From NCBI GenBank assembly GCA_016867715.1, contig VGIW01000006.1, forward strand, positions 233 to 64,232: a stretch of 64,000 bases of DNA. The letters run 5' to 3'. The stretch is from Candidatus Eiseniibacteriota bacterium (GTDB lineage: Bacteria; Orphanbacterota; Orphanbacteria; Orphanbacterales; Orphanbacteraceae). Of the stretch, positions 61,684-64,000 are shown in pieces. The translations under genes were made by a program, and so were the position numbers. Under the pieces are notes generated by a model. The model saw only the letters and a list, made by a program, of their open reading frames with translations. It searched no databases and had not been told where the DNA came from. Each line of letters opens with the position of its first letter. Within the stretch, counting starts at the first letter, position 1.

Positions 61684-62232
61684 CTACCTCCGAGCGCCCT
61701 CATCCTCGCGCGGGAGCGTGAAGATCAGGGCGTAGTCTCTCCAGGTTTCCTCCGTCTCGAGAAACGGCCTCCCCTCGCGGGCGAGCCACGCATGCCCCTC
61801 GAGGCTTCCGCCGCGCTCCCTTACCCCGAAGCAGATCGCGGTCTCGATCCCGCTCTCGCGGAGAAGATGGGCGAGAAGGAGGGATCGGCGCAAGCACGTT
61901 CTCCGGACCGGGAACAAGGGGGAGCGGAGGATCCGCTCGGTGAACGCGTGCGCGATCGCGGCTCTCTCGAGCTCCGCTTCCGCTCCGGGCGCGGCTCCTC
62001 GCGGCGGGAAGAGCGTCTCCACGCGATCGAGGGGCAGACGGACAAAGAGCAGGACCGCCTTTCCGAAACAGCGCGCGAGGAAGACGAGGTTGCGCGGCGC
62101 GGCGAGAACGCGCCACGGGAGCGGATACGAAAGGATCCGCCGTTCGAGCACCACGACGTCCGCGCTCCGCTCGGCGTTCGGAGACCCCGCCGACGAGGAG
62201 GAGAAATCGACCGAGAAACTGCGGGGCATCAT
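61684..62232 (-). CDS. Transglutaminase-core cysteine peptidase, lasso-peptide B2-type
   Basis: RRTCLRRSLLLAHLLRESGIETAICFGVRERGGSLEGHAWLAREGRPF is the Cys...His pattern of B2 leader peptidases. The ATG at 62232 lies 1 nt after the stop of the upstream gene. Confidence 0.75.
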   Translation of the reverse strand: MMPRSFSVDFSSSSAGSPNAERSADVVVLERRILSYPLPWRVLAAPRNLVFLARCFGKAVLLFVRLPLDRVETLFPPRGAAPGAEAELERAAIAHAFTERILRSPLFPVRRTCLRRSLLLAHLLRESGIETAICFGVRERGGSLEGHAWLAREGRPFLETEETWRDYALIFTLPREDEGARR

Positions 62233-62233
62233 C

Positions 62234-63202
62234 CTACTCGATCGCCGCGCCGGAGAGCTCGGCGATCCGCGCGGGCAGCTCCGCGACATCCCTCCCAAAG
62301 AGAAGATGGTACGCCGCCGCCTGTCGAACAAGGTCCGCGAGGAGATCGATGTGCGCCTCGATCTCTTCGCGGCCCGCGGGGAGCACCGACTGGGGGAGAA
62401 GCCGCGCCATCGCCTCGCCCCCGGAAAGGCGCTCGAACCGGCTCCGCTCCCGATCGACGATCGTGGGGAAGAGTAGGAGAGCCGGGCGCACCTCGGCGAT
62501 CCGCCCGGGCGGAGGGAGCGCCTCCTCCGGGAAGAGAAGCTTGCGCCCCTTTCGCACCCACCGGTCCCTGAGCTCCGGAAAGAACCGCGAGGTCCCCTCC
62601 CCCACCTTGAGCGGCTCGGGAAACGGCCGAAGGACGATCGAACCCTCGCGTCGGAGGGCGAAGAGCATGTCGTCCGCCACGAAGGGACACCCGCTCGCGA
62701 CCGCGGCGAGCGTGGCCGAGGACTTGCCGGCGCCGCTCGGACCGCAGACGACCACCCCTTGCCCTCCCGCCACGAAACAGGACCCGTGAAGCGGATAGCG
62801 TCCGCGATGCCGCATCCACACGATGAGCGGGAGAAAGAAGAGACGATGGCCGATCACCCACGGATCGCCGGCGTGGTCCGGATGGACGAAGACGGCGACG
62901 CGCCCTCGCTCGAGATCGAGCCGCGCCGCCGACCTATCGCCGACGACGAGCCACCGTTCGCCTTCCGACCTACAGAAGACGAAGTCCCCCTCCGCAGAAA
63001 CCGCCTCGCTCCGCCCGCGCGCCTGATCGGGGAAGGGGTCGGTGTCGGACCGCGCGCGGAAGGTGTAGACGAGATCCGCTTCGTCCGCGAAGGGCGAGCA
63101 CGCGAGGAGAGGGGCCGCCTCGAGGATCCCCTCTCGGATCGACGCCTCTCCGCATTCCACGAGGATCCGCTCGCCGATGAGATCCAGGTGGAGGCGTTCC
63201 AT
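62234..63202 (-). CDS. HPr-kinase-like P-loop protein (peptide kinase candidate)
   Basis: GGAGG RBS. ...LHGSCFVAGGQGVVVCGPSGAGKSSATLAAVASGCPFVADD... resembles the HprK C-terminal catalytic domain. The upstream 84 aa of tracked ORF 63454 are rejected. Confidence 0.75.
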   Translation of the reverse strand: MERLHLDLIGERILVECGEASIREGILEAAPLLACSPFADEADLVYTFRARSDTDPFPDQARGRSEAVSAEGDFVFCRSEGERWLVVGDRSAARLDLERGRVAVFVHPDHAGDPWVIGHRLFFLPLIVWMRHRGRYPLHGSCFVAGGQGVVVCGPSGAGKSSATLAAVASGCPFVADDMLFALRREGSIVLRPFPEPLKVGEGTSRFFPELRDRWVRKGRKLLFPEEALPPPGRIAEVRPALLLFPTIVDRERSRFERLSGGEAMARLLPQSVLPAGREEIEAHIDLLADLVRQAAAYHLLFGRDVAELPARIAELSGAAIE

Positions 63203-63216
63203 CCGCTCGACCTCCG

Positions 63217-63600
63217 CTAGACGGGAACGATGGCGGCGAGCTTCTCGTCGAGAAGACGCTTGGCCAGCTCGAGGCAGTCCGCGAGGGCGGTCGTCTCGTC
63301 CACATCGAACTCCTCGACCATTCGTTGCGCGATCTCCAGAAGGGTGCGGGCGCCGTCGAGCTGTCCCCAGATGTACTGACCGGAGCTGTTCAAGCTGAAG
63401 TAGTGTCCGCTCTCCATGTCCACGAGGATTCCCTTGCGGTCGATCGAACGCCAAGGGACGCTCGGAGAGCGTTTCAGCACGGAATCCGGACCCAGCGCCA
63501 CTTCGGTCTCCTCTCTCGGTGCGCCGCCGATCCGGCGCGGACCCTCGCGAGAGCCTCTCCTCCGCGCCCCCGGGGCGGCGCTGCTCTCTGCGCGCCCCAC
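63217..63600 (-). CDS. PqqD-family peptide-binding (RRE/B1-type) protein; start may be GTG 63501
   Basis: ...SVPWRSIDRKGILVDMESGHYFSLNSSGQYIWGQLDGARTLLEIAQRMVEEFDVDETTALADCLELAKRLLDEKL is the canonical PqqD pattern. The N-terminal 33 aa of the ORF are Arg/Gly-rich and doubtful. Confidence 0.75.
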   Translation of the reverse strand: MGRAESSAAPGARRRGSREGPRRIGGAPREETEVALGPDSVLKRSPSVPWRSIDRKGILVDMESGHYFSLNSSGQYIWGQLDGARTLLEIAQRMVEEFDVDETTALADCLELAKRLLDEKLAAIVPV

Positions 63601-63601
63601 T

Positions 63602-64000
63602 CTATTCGTTCAGGGAGGAAGCGTCAACCTCCGCGCGGTCGCCGCGGAGGCGCTCGTACCAGAAGAACGCGGCGACCACGAGCGCGTGCGTGATCTCCCC
63701 CTCGCGGAGCATCCGCCCGACTTCCGGTTCGTCCGCTTCGAAGACGTCGATCTCCTCGCCCGGTTCGAGTGCCTGCGCCCCGTCGGGAATGGCTCCGCGC
63801 GCGAGGAACGTGTGGCAGCGGTTCGTCTGAAACGCCGGGTTCGGCTCCACGGTACCGATGTGAGTGAAGCGCGCCGCCCGGTAGCCGGTCTCCTCGCGGA
63901 GCTCGCGCCGCGCCGCCGCCTCGGCGTCCTCGTCCCCCCGGTCGATCCCGCCGCCCGGAATCTCGATCGTGTAGCGGTCCGTCCCTGCGCGATACTGCCG
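63602..64000 (-). CDS. NUDIX hydrolase, 5'-truncated by the window edge
   Basis: The frame is open to nt 64000. ...IEIPGGGIDRGDEDAEAAARRELREETGY (NUDIX box GX5EX7REUXEEXGU) ...GTVEPNPAFQTN..HTFLA... The stop lies 1 nt from the PqqD ORF. Confidence 0.8.
   Translation of the reverse strand, partial: RQYRAGTDRYTIEIPGGGIDRGDEDAEAAARRELREETGYRAARFTHIGTVEPNPAFQTNRCHTFLARGAIPDGAQALEPGEEIDVFEADEPEVGRMLREGEITHALVVAAFFWYERLRGDRAEVDASSLNE

Overview
High-GC (roughly two-thirds G+C by eye), gene-dense bacterial chromosome segment, probably from an uncultured FCB-type lineage. That placement is an inference from three secreted proteins that end in the same FlgD-Ig/T9SS-like C-terminal tail. I recognise about 60 protein genes and 4 tRNAs (Pro-GGG, Pro-CGG, Arg-CCT, Glu-UUC). 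I see no rRNA, CRISPR array, transposase or integrase.

Gene content from left to right:
- 1-3.5 kb: a 5'-truncated FN3-repeat surface protein and a TPR lipoprotein.
- 4-9 kb: housekeeping genes (GT2, surE, pcm, a LOG-like gene, acyP, an RpoD/RpoS-like sigma factor, apt).
- 9.3-19.4 kb: a STAS antagonist, UDP-sugar dehydrogenase and epimerase, a histidine kinase with a sigma-54 activator, an LptE-like lipoprotein, and a PDZ-TM-GAF-PP2C (SpoIIE-type) phosphatase.
- 19.4-27.4 kb: a dense minus-strand regulatory block. It holds a sigma-70-family sigma factor, a TPR protein, an FlgM-like protein, a PilZ protein, a sigma-54 activator, a FliA-type sigma factor, a degenerate kinase-like protein and a second PilZ protein, with good sigma-54 -24/-12 promoter matches.
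- 27.5-29.3 kb: two odd secreted proteins, one Cys/Met-rich and one Trp/Tyr-rich with a YxWGxW motif.
- 29.5-36.7 kb: an archaeal-type HMG-CoA synthase/thiolase/DUF35 trio fused into one cluster with methylcrotonyl-CoA carboxylase and methylglutaconyl-CoA hydratase genes.
- 36.9-37.1 kb: a stand-alone 63-aa histone-fold gene.
- 37.3-48.2 kb: an ABC operon with a permease-CPBP protease fusion, a sigma-like-MGMT fusion, a third sigma-54 activator with a degenerate GAFTGA loop, pfk and a DUF512 gene.
- 48.4-58.6 kb: a sigma-54-driven small secreted protein, then a secretome block (M36-like protease, sulfatase-like enzyme, and a 1593-aa GH-like/Big2 giant).
- 58.7-64 kb: a lasso-like peptide cassette (PqqD, HPr-kinase-like, B2 peptidase, nucleotidyltransferase, ABC exporter) with no cyclase or precursor in view.

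Many very long ORFs in the track are antisense or out-of-frame shadows typical of high-GC DNA and were rejected. All functional calls come from by-eye motif recognition and need HMM or BLAST confirmation.
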